NCBI GenBank assembly: GCA_903885795.1
Contig: CAISJV010000027.1
Span: 22,943-86,942, forward strand
Direction of reading: 5' to 3'
From: an uncultured delta proteobacterium
GTDB taxonomy: Bacteria > Desulfobacterota > Syntrophia > Syntrophales > UBA8958
DNA: 64,000 bases
The position numbers and the translations under genes were made by a program. Every line of letters begins with the position of its first letter. Within the stretch, counting starts at the first letter, position 1. Positions 47,668 to 56,595 of this stretch are shown one piece after another. The notes under the pieces are model-generated. The model was given only the letters and a program-made list of their open reading frames with translations, searched no databases and was not told the origin of the DNA.

Positions 47668-48706
47668 CTATTTGTTCTTCCCGTGCTTGGGCGGATCGCT
47701 CTAATTGCTCCGTGATACGACCGAGTACTCCGTCGAGACCTTCACCCGTAACTGCTGAAAAAGTGGATACTTCTATGCCCTTTTCACGAAAGATGTCAAT
47801 GTCTTTTTTCATCCTTTCCCGGGTAATGGGCAGGTCGATCTTGTTAATGACAACAATCTGTGGTTTGTTTATTAAGGTGGTGTTGAAGAGTCCCAGTTCC
47901 CGATTGATGGATTCATAGAGATCCCATGCCCCCTGGTAATCTTCATCAGAAATATCGAGAATATGAAGAAGGATTGATGTTCTTTCCACATGTTTCAGAA
48001 ACTGGACGCCCATACCGGCGCCAGCGTGAGCCCCGGTGATCAGGCCGGGAATATCGGCGATGACGAAACCCTGATTCTGTCCATAAGAAACAACGCCAAG
48101 GTTGGGAACAAGGGTAGTGAACGGGTAATCGGCAATCTTCGGTCGGGCCGCCGAAACTCTTGATATAAATGTAGATTTTCCTACGTTGGGACGGCCGATA
48201 ATTCCTACATCAGCCAGTAGTTTAAGTTCGAGAATGATCCATCGCTCCTCGCCGGGCATGCCATCCTGAGCAAAACGGGGGGCGCGATTTGTGGAAGAAG
48301 TGAAATGGGCGTTACCCTTGCCCCCGATTCCTCCCTTGGCGCCGATAAACCGCTCACCGTCATGGGTAAGATCCGCGAGTATTGTCTGACTTTCGGCTTC
48401 TTTGAAGACAGTGCCGACAGGAACAGCGATCTCTATATCTTCCCCGCTGCGACCCGTTCGATTGTTCCCCTCGCCGCTTGCACCGTTAGGGGCGGCGTGG
48501 CGCGGACGGTATCTAAAGTCGAGCAGGGTGGCGAGATTGTGGGAGGCGTGAAAGGTAATATCTCCTCCTTTGCCCCCGTCGCCGCCGTTTGGCCCCCCTC
48601 TGGGGACAAACTTTTCCCGCCGAAAACTCACACAACCGCGACCGCCATGGCCTGCTTGGATGTATATTTTCGCTTCGTCGATAAATTTCATCTGAAAATA
48701 CACCAA
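47630..48706 (-). CDS. obg: GTPase Obg/CgtA
   Basis: MKFIDEAKIYIQAGHGGRGCVSFRREKF..., G1 motif GRPNVGKST, DIPGLI, NKID. Probable start is the Met at 48691. Confidence 0.95.
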   Translation of the reverse strand: MVYFQMKFIDEAKIYIQAGHGGRGCVSFRREKFVPRGGPNGGDGGKGGDITFHASHNLATLLDFRYRPRHAAPNGASGEGNNRTGRSGEDIEIAVPVGTVFKEAESQTILADLTHDGERFIGAKGGIGGKGNAHFTSSTNRAPRFAQDGMPGEERWIILELKLLADVGIIGRPNVGKSTFISRVSAARPKIADYPFTTLVPNLGVVSYGQNQGFVIADIPGLITGAHAGAGMGVQFLKHVERTSILLHILDISDEDYQGAWDLYESINRELGLFNTTLINKPQIVVINKIDLPITRERMKKDIDIFREKGIEVSTFSAVTGEGLDGVLGRITEQLERSAQAREEQIGEGKPDDEKGNP

Positions 48707-48710
48707 TCTC

Positions 48711-48752
48711 CCTCCCCTTTAAGGGGAAGGTTGGGGTGGGGATGGGTTAATA
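48711..48752. repeat. G-rich interspersed repeat, copy 1
   Basis: tctccctcccctttaaggggaaggttggggtggggatgggttaata. The 19-nt core tggggtggggatgggttaa (48732-48750) recurs in inverted orientation at 62168-62186, with similar flanks. Confidence 0.75.
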
Positions 48753-48764
48753 TCTTGATTTTCA

Positions 48765-48799
48765 TAAAAAAATAAAGGCGCTCATATCAAGCGCCTTTT
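48765..48799 (-). terminator. intrinsic terminator/attenuator after rpmA
   Basis: Minus strand reads aaaggcgct-tgatatg-agcgccttt followed by atttttt. It lies between rpmA and obg. Confidence 0.75.
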
Positions 48800-48865
48800 G
48801 ATGGTGATAGTATTTGCGATACCCGCTATGGGATACTGTGTCCTCTTCAGGGCTGACGTTAACGT

Positions 48866-49120
48866 CTATGCCGCGTAGACACTTACTTTCTTTCTTGTTT
48901 TGTCGAGTCTTTCAAATTTAACGAAGCCGTCTATTTTTGCAAAAATGGTGTAGTCTCTGCCGAGGCCGACATTTTTTCCGGGGTGAACCTTTGTTCCAAC
49001 CTGACGGATGATAATCCCGCCGGCGTTGATTGCCTCACCACCGAAGACCTTCACACCCCGACGCTGGGAGTTGCTGTCCCGGCCGTTCCGTGAGCTTCCC
49101 TGTCCTTTTTTGTGTGCCAT
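48866..49120 (-). CDS. rpmA: 50S ribosomal protein L27
   Basis: [24 protein letters not shown]... Confidence 0.97.
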   Translation of the reverse strand: MAHKKGQGSSRNGRDSNSQRRGVKVFGGEAINAGGIIIRQVGTKVHPGKNVGLGRDYTIFAKIDGFVKFERLDKTRKKVSVYAA

Positions 49121-49138
49121 GAATCTCTCCCTATTACC

Positions 49139-49450
49139 TTAAAAAGAAATGTCCCGAATAACCATACGGGTCAGCGGCTGGCGATGGCCAGTTTTTTTCT
49201 TGAAACCCTTCCGCCGTTTCATGTGGAAAACGGCAATCTTCTCAGCCTTTGTCTGGGCGATGATTTCTCCCACAACCTTTGCCCCGTTTACCGTGGGGGT
49301 TCCGATACAGATCGCCTCGTCCGTTGCAACCATAAGGACGTTATCAAACACCACCGTATCTCCCTTGCTTCCGTCGAGCTTCTCTGTGGCAACCATGTCT
49401 CCCACGGAAACCCGATGCTGCTTTCCGCCTGTCTTTATCACTGCGTACAT
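49139..49450 (-). CDS. rplU: 50S ribosomal protein L21
   Basis: [14 protein letters not shown]... Confidence 0.97.
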   Translation of the reverse strand: MYAVIKTGGKQHRVSVGDMVATEKLDGSKGDTVVFDNVLMVATDEAICIGTPTVNGAKVVGEIIAQTKAEKIAVFHMKRRKGFKKKTGHRQPLTRMVIRDISF

Positions 49451-49502
49451 CGTTTCATCCTTGTTGAAAAATTTTGAACAGGTTATCTACTCGAAAAGGC
49501 AT

Positions 49503-52028
49503 TTATTTGTCAACAAAAAAAGTTGCCGTTTTCGTCAGTCTGGTTTCGAGAGTGGTGGCAACATCCAGGCAAAGGGCATGGACAAGAATATCCTCGGCAC
49601 GGACAGCGCCTTCGTTACAGAAACGGACATCCATTATGATCTCGCGGACGGAACGATCAAAGGCAAGATAGGAAACGAGGGGCCGGATATCCCTGATCAC
49701 TGTCCGTTCCTTGATCGTCTTCGTGATAGGAAATTGTTGAGTATTTAAAAAGGTATCTATATGTTCTTCCAGACAAACCAGCCTATTTTCGTCAAGGGTG
49801 TCCGGCAGGAGGGCGCGATATTGGAAACCCCGGATCAATTCGTTCAGAGAACGGGCACCCTGGGGAAGCTCCGCCATTTCAAACACCGTCATCCCCTCAG
49901 GAAGATAACGATTGATCAGTTCCGGCAGCGCCGCGACTGCCGACGCCGGTTTGATAACCTGGATGTCGCAATATTCCCCTTCACTTTCCAGTCCAACGGC
50001 GGCGGCGACGGCAAAAGAGATCTTGGGATGGGGGTGGAAACCCTCCGAATAGATGAACTGCAGGCCGCTCTGGACTATCCCCCGGGTCAGGGCGGAGGCG
50101 CTCTCCAGGTGAGACAGATAGCGGGACAGACCCTTTTTCTTGAAGCTTAATCGGAACCGGCGAGAATCTATAGAAAGGGAAACCGTTTCCCGGGTGGCCG
50201 GTTCAGCAGCGGGGGTGGTGTCACCGATGGGGGCGGGTGCTCCCGCCGCTTCTTCCTCGGCGCGGACGGGCCGGATGTCGATATGGTCGCAGACGCCGCA
50301 TTGATAACAGCCGTCAAGGCGGCAGTCCGCCGTCAGAGTTTCATTATGTGCCTTTTGCGCTTCTTCCAGGAGGAATTGACGGTCGAGACCGCAGTCGATA
50401 TGGTCCCAGGGGAAAGCAGTCTCCGGGGGGCGCTCGCAAAGAAATGCGGCTGGTTCGATTCCGAGCTGGGCTATGGCATTTTCCCAGTGATCATTGCGGA
50501 ATTGGTCGCTCCAGCCGTCGAAACGGCAGCCGTTGCGATAGGCGGCCTCAACAAGTGGGCCCAGGGATTCATCTCCCCGGGAAAACAGCCCTTCGAGAAG
50601 GCTCATCCGGGCGTCATGCCATTTGATCTGGATGTTGCGATGGCGCAATCGGGATTTGAAAAAGGACTGCTTCGCGAAGATTTCTTCCAGGCCGACCTGG
50701 CGTTCCCATTGAAAAGGGGTGTGGGGTTTGGGGACGAAAGTGGAAAGGCTGACCGTGACCTGCCCACGGTTTTTTGACGTCCGCAGCACCTTATGGGCCA
50801 GAGACGCTATTCCCTCCAGGTCCGCAGCTTCCTCTCCCGGGAGACCGATCATGAAATAGAGCTTGACCGCCCGCCATCCCGCATCAAAGACCAATGCCGA
50901 GGTTTTCAGGAGATCCTCTTCCGTGTTTCCCTTGTTGATGGAATTTCTCAGCCGCTGGGTTCCCGCTTCGGGGGCCAAGGTGAAACTCGTCTTTCGGACC
51001 CGTTTGATGGCCTCGATGAGGGAGACGCTCAAGGTCTCGACGCGCAGGGAGGGCAGGGCGAGGGCAATCCGCTGGGAGTAATATCGATCCATCAGCACCG
51101 GCAGGAGGGTCTCGATGCAGGAATAATCGCCGGAACTCAGGGACAGGAGGGATAGTTCTTCCTGTCCGGTGGCGGCGAGCATGGCGTCGGCCATATTTTG
51201 AAGGAGGGCGGGATGTCTTTCCCGGACCGGGCGCCAGACCATGCCGGCCTGGCAGAACCGGCAGCCCCGGGTGCAGCCCCGGGCAATCTCCAGCACTACC
51301 CGGTCGTGAATGGTTTTCATCAGAGGGGTCAGCGGTTTTACCGGCCCTATCCAGGCGTTCAGATCGGCAACAATCCGTTTCCCGATCTTCCGCTCGGGGC
51401 TGTGGACGGCGGGGACATATACCCCTTCGATATCGGCAAGGGCGGCAAGGATCACGTTCCGGCGTGTGTTCCTTCCCTTTTCCCTGATCATAGCGGCGGC
51501 AATCTCCATGATGACCTCTTCCCCTTCGCCGATGACGAAGGCGTCGATAAAGGCAGACATGGGGGCGGGGTTGAAACAGCAGGGCCCCCCGGCGATCACG
51601 ACGGGGTCGCCGTCCCTTCTGTCTTCGCGGCGGATGGAGATACCGCCCAGGTCGAGCATAGCGAGGACATTTGTGAAGGAGAGCTCATATTGGAGGGAAA
51701 ACCCTACCAGATCAAAGGCCTGCAAGGGGGTTCGGGATTCGATGGTAGGGAGGAGGATGCCGTAACGGCGCATCTGGCCTTCCATGTCGGGCCAGGGGGC
51801 GTAACAGCGCTCGGCGACGATATCGTCCTGTCTGTTCAAGATCTCATACAAGATCTGGATGCCCAGGTGGGACATCCCGACTTCGTAAGTATCCGGAAAG
51901 GCAAGGGCAACGCTGAGCCGGCAGAAATGTCGATCCTTGTGGACGGCGTTGATTTCCCCGCCGATATAGCGACTGGGCTTGGAGCAGGCGAGCAGAACGT
52001 CGTCCAGTGTTTTTTGATAATCAGGCAT
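49503..52028 (-). CDS. B12-binding-domain radical SAM protein fused to a DUF2344-like C-terminal domain
   Basis: 841 aa. The CTRGCRFC cluster motif lies after a B12-binding-like N-terminus. The C-terminal ~230 aa (FRLSFKKKGLSRYLSHLE...) resembles the DUF2344 module often fused or adjacent to this radical SAM family. Confidence 0.75.
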   Translation of the reverse strand: MPDYQKTLDDVLLACSKPSRYIGGEINAVHKDRHFCRLSVALAFPDTYEVGMSHLGIQILYEILNRQDDIVAERCYAPWPDMEGQMRRYGILLPTIESRTPLQAFDLVGFSLQYELSFTNVLAMLDLGGISIRREDRRDGDPVVIAGGPCCFNPAPMSAFIDAFVIGEGEEVIMEIAAAMIREKGRNTRRNVILAALADIEGVYVPAVHSPERKIGKRIVADLNAWIGPVKPLTPLMKTIHDRVVLEIARGCTRGCRFCQAGMVWRPVRERHPALLQNMADAMLAATGQEELSLLSLSSGDYSCIETLLPVLMDRYYSQRIALALPSLRVETLSVSLIEAIKRVRKTSFTLAPEAGTQRLRNSINKGNTEEDLLKTSALVFDAGWRAVKLYFMIGLPGEEAADLEGIASLAHKVLRTSKNRGQVTVSLSTFVPKPHTPFQWERQVGLEEIFAKQSFFKSRLRHRNIQIKWHDARMSLLEGLFSRGDESLGPLVEAAYRNGCRFDGWSDQFRNDHWENAIAQLGIEPAAFLCERPPETAFPWDHIDCGLDRQFLLEEAQKAHNETLTADCRLDGCYQCGVCDHIDIRPVRAEEEAAGAPAPIGDTTPAAEPATRETVSLSIDSRRFRLSFKKKGLSRYLSHLESASALTRGIVQSGLQFIYSEGFHPHPKISFAVAAAVGLESEGEYCDIQVIKPASAVAALPELINRYLPEGMTVFEMAELPQGARSLNELIRGFQYRALLPDTLDENRLVCLEEHIDTFLNTQQFPITKTIKERTVIRDIRPLVSYLAFDRSVREIIMDVRFCNEGAVRAEDILVHALCLDVATTLETRLTKTATFFVDK

Positions 52029-52036
52029 GGGAGATC

Positions 52037-52426
52037 TTATATGTTTCCGAGGAGATCTTTGTATTTATAAGGGTTCTGGACGATGTCGCGATATTTTGAC
52101 CGGGAATACCGCCGGGGGAACTCGTCCTTGGCCAGATAGGGCAGGGCGTCCCTTTTGAAGTCTTCGACAAGATTCCGGAAGACTGTTTCAGTTTCGGCGT
52201 TATGCACGAAGGTCCTTTCCTTCCGGTATTCGTAATTGCCCACCGGTCCGAAGACCCGGCGGGTCTTCAAATAGTGATCCTCTTCCTCAAAATGGGAGAT
52301 TTCGAATGCCACGTCCATTTTGATGACCAGTTCCACCTTGACCGTATCTGCGGCAATCTGACGGGAAGCATCCCAGATTTCCATGGTCAGACCGTTGGGA
52401 AGGTTTAAATATTCAATATGTTTCAT
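52037..52426 (-). CDS. hypothetical protein (about 129 aa)
   Basis: ORF ends 8 nt upstream of the radical SAM start. Start is taken at MKHIEYLNLPNG. No family recognised. Confidence 0.5.
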   Translation of the reverse strand: MKHIEYLNLPNGLTMEIWDASRQIAADTVKVELVIKMDVAFEISHFEEEDHYLKTRRVFGPVGNYEYRKERTFVHNAETETVFRNLVEDFKRDALPYLAKDEFPRRYSRSKYRDIVQNPYKYKDLLGNI

Positions 52427-52503
52427 GGCGACACACCTTCTTTGAGATGCCTTGTCCCTTAGCATCTTTAATCTTGACCTGCAATGTCAATCCTCATATA
52501 TGA

Positions 52504-52624
52504 CGGCTTCGTAAAAAGTTTGGATGCTGCGTTGCGATGCATCCTTCGTCACTGCGACGTACAACAAGTACGCCTCATTCCCCAGGACTTACGCGCCTTG
52601 CCTGCGGATCTTTTTGCGAAGCCG
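52504..52624. repeat. MITE/REP-like structured intergenic element
   Basis: 15-bp terminal inverted repeats: cggcttcgtaaaaag (52504-52518) and ctttttgcgaagccg (52610-52624), 14/15 complementary. Internal hairpins ggatgc...gcatcc and gtac-aacaa-gtac. Confidence 0.6.
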
Positions 52625-52711
52625 TCGATTATGACTATTGTTTTGACTTTTTACGAGTTCATCATATACAATTCTTACCATTCCCATTAGGGGAACAGAT
52701 GAGAGGAAGCC

Positions 52712-53578
52712 ATGACCGAAGAACGAAGCGCCAATGCCATTTTATTGCTCTCCTGTCAAGACCAGAAGGGCCTGGTCTATAATATCTCCAACTTTATTTA
52801 TCGCCATAACGGCAATATTGTCCATGCGGCGCAGCACACCTCGGTGACAAGAAAGATCTTTTTCATGCGGATCGAATGGGAACTAAACGGCTTTGTCATT
52901 CCCCGCGAGGAAATCGCCCTGGTCTTCAGGCATGTGGCCAGCCAGTTCGATATGAACTGGGAGCTGCATTTCACCGATACGATTCCCAGGATGGCAATTT
53001 TCGTGTCCCGCCATCCCCATTGCCTCTACGATCTCATTCTGAGACGGCAGATGGGAGAATTCCGGGCGGAGATCCCCTTGGTCATCAGCAATCATCTGGA
53101 TCTTAAGCCCATGATCGAGCAGTTTGGCTTAAAGTTCATGCACTTTCCCATTACCCGGGAAAACAAGGAGGAGCAGGAACAGCGAGAGCTTGAGGAAATA
53201 AGGAAACGCAATATCGACCTGATTGTCCTTGCCCGGTACATGCAGGTCCTGTCGAACCGCTTCGTAGGGGAATATCCGAACAAAATTATAAACATTCACC
53301 ATTCATTTCTTCCCGCCTTTGCCGGCTCGAATCCCTACCAGCAGGCCTATGACCGGGGGGTGAAGATCATCGGCGCCACAAGCCATTATGTGACGGAACA
53401 GCTTGACGACGGACCAATCATTGCCCAGGATGTCATCAAGATTAGCCATCGGGATGCCCTGGATGATATCAAGCTAAAAAGCCGGGATCTGGAAAGAACG
53501 GTCCTGGCCAAAGCCGTCCGCCTGCAACTCGAGAACCGGATCCTGGCCTACGGTTCCAAGACCGTCGTTTTCGAATAA
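52712..53578 (+). CDS. purU: formyltetrahydrofolate deformylase
   Basis: 288 aa with an ACT domain N-terminus and a formyltransferase core (INIHHSFLPAF.G..PY..A, GATSHYVT). Confidence 0.9.
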   Translation: MTEERSANAILLLSCQDQKGLVYNISNFIYRHNGNIVHAAQHTSVTRKIFFMRIEWELNGFVIPREEIALVFRHVASQFDMNWELHFTDTIPRMAIFVSRHPHCLYDLILRRQMGEFRAEIPLVISNHLDLKPMIEQFGLKFMHFPITRENKEEQEQRELEEIRKRNIDLIVLARYMQVLSNRFVGEYPNKIINIHHSFLPAFAGSNPYQQAYDRGVKIIGATSHYVTEQLDDGPIIAQDVIKISHRDALDDIKLKSRDLERTVLAKAVRLQLENRILAYGSKTVVFE

Positions 53579-53587
53579 CTGTTCAAA

Positions 53588-54403
53588 ATGATGAAAAATT
53601 CCGACCCCCATCTCTGTCAGCCCGACGAGTGTAAATCCTGCGGGGCCTGTTGTGGGCTCTATAACTATGCCGACTCTTCCCGTGAATCGCTTATTTTGCG
53701 GCTGAGGCGGAGAACGAAACTGTTTCGCCACGCCGATAAATCCCCGGAGGGGCTTCAGGCTTTCTCCTCCATGATTCAGGCTGCGGAAGACATGGCCAAG
53801 CGCTACGAGGTTATCTACTGCTGTGAGTACCTGGGATTTCTCGATGCGGGAGAGAAGCGCGTCGGCTGTCTTCTCCACCCCCTTCAGAATGGCGGCGTGG
53901 ATCACCGGGAGGTCTCTTTTTACGGCCGTGAGCTCTGTGATGGCCATTTCTGCCCAAGTTATCACTATATCTCCCGGGAAGAAAAACAGTCGCTCCTGAA
54001 TACTATCGATGACTGGTACCTCTTCGGACTGGTCATTACGGATATCGATCTGGTCAAATCATATTTCCAGCTGATCAGCGACGGGGTCTATGAGACGCCC
54101 TCGCCGGAACGGTTCAAAGAAGTCCTGCTCCGCAAAAAGGTTTTGTCCTTCTTTGATCTCAAGCTATCATGGCCCTTCCGTTCCGCCGATGTACATCGCC
54201 TGGGGAAATATTATTTTGACGGTTCCCAGTACATGATCAACCATATCGATTACGAGGACCTTGATTCGGAAAGATCTCGTTTCGACAGGATATTCCTGAG
54301 CCTGACCTCCGATTTTCGCAGTCGGGAAGACCTCCGGCAGGCGGAAGACCTGATTCAGGGTCATCTGGATGCCTTTATCCATGCTTATCAGGATAACCAT
54401 TGA
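53588..54403 (+). CDS. YkgJ-like CxxCxxCC (putative Zn/Fe-chelating) domain protein
   Basis: 271 aa. N-terminal CKSCGACCGLYNY, then further Cys/His motifs (YCCEYLGF, GCLLHP, CDGHFCPSYH). Confidence 0.55.
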   Translation: MMKNSDPHLCQPDECKSCGACCGLYNYADSSRESLILRLRRRTKLFRHADKSPEGLQAFSSMIQAAEDMAKRYEVIYCCEYLGFLDAGEKRVGCLLHPLQNGGVDHREVSFYGRELCDGHFCPSYHYISREEKQSLLNTIDDWYLFGLVITDIDLVKSYFQLISDGVYETPSPERFKEVLLRKKVLSFFDLKLSWPFRSADVHRLGKYYFDGSQYMINHIDYEDLDSERSRFDRIFLSLTSDFRSREDLRQAEDLIQGHLDAFIHAYQDNH

Positions 54404-54484
54404 TTTTTCGTTGACAAAGGACGTCATGTCGATTAGCATCCCTCGCATTATCTGGATGCTGGAACGGTTCCAAGGGGGGATCAC

Positions 54485-55012
54485 ATGGAAGCTATGCAAA
54501 AGGAGATTCTGTTCTCCCGGGATAACATCAATCAGCGCGTAACGGAGCTTGCCGCCGACATCTCCCGGGATTACGCCGGGAAAGAGCTGGTCGTTGTCGG
54601 CGTCCTCAAAGGGGCCTTCGTCTTTATGGCCGATCTTATTCGCTGCATCCAGACCCCCTGTGTCATCGATTTTGCGAGATTGGCGAGCTACGGATCGGGA
54701 TCGACAAGTTCCGGTCAGATCGTCATTACCAAGGACATTGAAATGGAGATTAAAGACAGGGACGTCTTGATTGTTGAGGATATCGTGGATACGGGTCTGA
54801 CCCTGTCTTTCCTTGTCCAGGCCTTTAAGAAGAGACACCCTCGTTCCCTGAAGATCTGTGCCTTCATGGATAAGAGGTTGCGCCGCAAGGTTGCCTTCGA
54901 AGCGGATTATGTAGGCTTTACCATTGACGATGGTTTTGTGGTCGGCTATGGTCTCGATTTCAATGAGAAGGCAAGATATTTTCCGGATGTTTACATCGTG
55001 ACGAATTTGTAG
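54485..55012 (+). CDS. hpt: hypoxanthine phosphoribosyltransferase
   Basis: 175 aa. VVVGVLKGAFVFMADL, VLIVEDIVDTGLTL. Confidence 0.9.
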   Translation: MEAMQKEILFSRDNINQRVTELAADISRDYAGKELVVVGVLKGAFVFMADLIRCIQTPCVIDFARLASYGSGSTSSGQIVITKDIEMEIKDRDVLIVEDIVDTGLTLSFLVQAFKKRHPRSLKICAFMDKRLRRKVAFEADYVGFTIDDGFVVGYGLDFNEKARYFPDVYIVTNL

Positions 55013-55019
55013 AGGCCTT

Positions 55020-55844
55020 ATGATTATTCAATGCCGAACCTGTCGAACAAAATACCGTTTTGATGAAGCCAAGATTCCTCATGATGGCGCCTGGGTCCGC
55101 TGTACCCGTTGCCAGAAGGTCTTTCTTCAGCATCCGCCCCTGCTGACGTTGGAAGCGGATAAGCGCGATGTTTCCGATCAGGCCGTTACCGCGGACCTGA
55201 AAACGATGGATATGGGCAATTTGGATGAAATTCAAGAATTTTCCGAAATCTCCGGGATTTCCGATCCCCGCCCCTCCGCAAAAAGGGCATGGATTTGGGT
55301 TCTGAGTGCGATCCTGCTGTTGCTGGCGGCGGGCGGAGGCAGTCTTTTCCTGTTCCCGGAATACGGTCGGATGGCAATAAAGGAATTGAATGCCCTTTTC
55401 CCGGGTCTGGCGTCGCTTATCTCCCAGGAAGCGCCGGCGCCTCTGGTCGGACCTGCCCAGGTCAAAATTGTGGATGTGAAACAACGTTTCGTCAGCAATG
55501 CCCTCCTCGGCAATGTCCGCATTGTCGAAGGCGTTGCCATGAACACCTCCCCTTATCCCATGACCAGGATAAAGGTCAGGGGGGAACTCTCGGATACGAC
55601 CGGGACAGTGGTGCGGGAGAGCTCGGCCTTTTGCGGGAATCTGCTGACAGATGAAGAGCTGGGGATCATGTCGGAGGAACAGATTTTACGGGAGTTGGCC
55701 AATCCCCAAGGCAGCGACATACCCAATGACAAGATCGCCCCGAATGGAACGATTCTCTTTATGATCGTCTTTATCCGGGAGCCCCCAGGGGTGATCAGGA
55801 CACTTGTTCTGCCCATCGCCGCTGAACGGCTCCTTTCTTCGTAA
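55020..55844 (+). CDS. MJ0042-type zinc-ribbon protein with one TM helix and a DUF3426-like C-terminal domain
   Basis: MIIQCRTCRTKYRFDEAKIPHDGAWVRCTRCQKVF. TM helix AWIWVLSAILLLLAAGGGSLFLF. C-terminal V.IVDV...V.G...N....P...IKV.G.L. Confidence 0.7.
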   Translation: MIIQCRTCRTKYRFDEAKIPHDGAWVRCTRCQKVFLQHPPLLTLEADKRDVSDQAVTADLKTMDMGNLDEIQEFSEISGISDPRPSAKRAWIWVLSAILLLLAAGGGSLFLFPEYGRMAIKELNALFPGLASLISQEAPAPLVGPAQVKIVDVKQRFVSNALLGNVRIVEGVAMNTSPYPMTRIKVRGELSDTTGTVVRESSAFCGNLLTDEELGIMSEEQILRELANPQGSDIPNDKIAPNGTILFMIVFIREPPGVIRTLVLPIAAERLLSS

Positions 55845-55868
55845 ATATCTCCGGGTGATATTCCCCCA

Positions 55869-55896
55869 CCAACGAAGATAGCGCTTTGATTTAGAA
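55869..55896. repeat. second copy (right arm only) of the 24.4 kb palindromic element
   Basis: ccaacgaagatagcgctttgatttagaa is identical over 28 nt to 24443-24470. It also lies between convergent gene ends. Confidence 0.8.
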
Positions 55897-55902
55897 ACGT
55901 AA

Positions 55903-56448
55903 TTATCTTTTCTGGGTATCGTAGAGCTTTAGTATCCTGTCCGTGATATCGATGCTTTCCTCCGCGGTAATTACGGCCATGCGGTCCAGAATGATGGTGA
56001 AACGCTCACCCCGGGCATAATTCCTCAGGACCTGCATGATCTCGCCGATAACCTTCTGGGTTATTTCCATTTCTTTACGTTTGAGTTCCCCTTCCGCATC
56101 CTCGCGCAGGTACTGAAGTTCCCGCATTTCGTGCTTGATCTGATCTCCTTTTTTCTTCCGCGCATCCATGGCGCCGGGTTCGAGGCCTTTGAATTCTTCC
56201 TCCAGTTTCCGGACTTCCCCTTCCTTGGCGACAATGGCGGCCTGTTTTTTCTCAACATCCTTCATGAAGACGTTACGGACCTTCTGGGAGTTCTTTGATT
56301 CCCTGAGGATTTTCTGCATATCCACCATGCCGATCTTCTGGGGCCCACCGCCGACCGCCGCCTTTGGCGCCGCCCCGGCAGGCAGGGCCAGTAGCATAAT
56401 CATCAATAAAAAGGCCATCCACACTAAACATCTCATCTCTTTTTTCAC
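55903..56448 (-). CDS. OmpH/Skp-family periplasmic chaperone
   Basis: Signal peptide (MRCLVWMAFLLMIMLLALPAGAAP). QKIGMVDMQKILRESKNSQKVRNVF... is coiled-coil, Skp-like sequence. GTG start at 56448 lies 8 nt after GGAGGAG, with an alternative ATG at 56436. Confidence 0.8.
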   Translation of the reverse strand: MKKEMRCLVWMAFLLMIMLLALPAGAAPKAAVGGGPQKIGMVDMQKILRESKNSQKVRNVFMKDVEKKQAAIVAKEGEVRKLEEEFKGLEPGAMDARKKKGDQIKHEMRELQYLREDAEGELKRKEMEITQKVIGEIMQVLRNYARGERFTIILDRMAVITAEESIDITDRILKLYDTQKR

Positions 56449-56595
56449 TATCCTGACTCCTCCTTCGTTGGCTTGGGATGCTCTTAACTTCTTTTGCCCA
56501 TGAATGTAAATGGGGGGAAACAGATATGTCGGTCTGTTTCCCCCCATGGAAAGTTGTCGTCGGGGAGAGTCATAAAAAGGGTAATGACCTCCCCC

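Noticed and set aside
48305-48775. A 156-aa plus-strand ORF ends in SPSPLRGRLGWGWVNILIFIKK.
   Set aside because: It is antisense to obg for most of its length, and its tail is simply the translated G-rich repeat. It is not a gene.
52484-52690. A 68-aa ORF (MSILIYDGFVKSLDAALRCILRH...TFYEFIIYNSYHSH) was considered as a protein-coding gene.
   Set aside because: It has no RBS. It lies entirely on an inverted-repeat-bounded, hairpin-rich element, and overlapping ORFs are open in other frames. I interpret it as a non-coding repeat.
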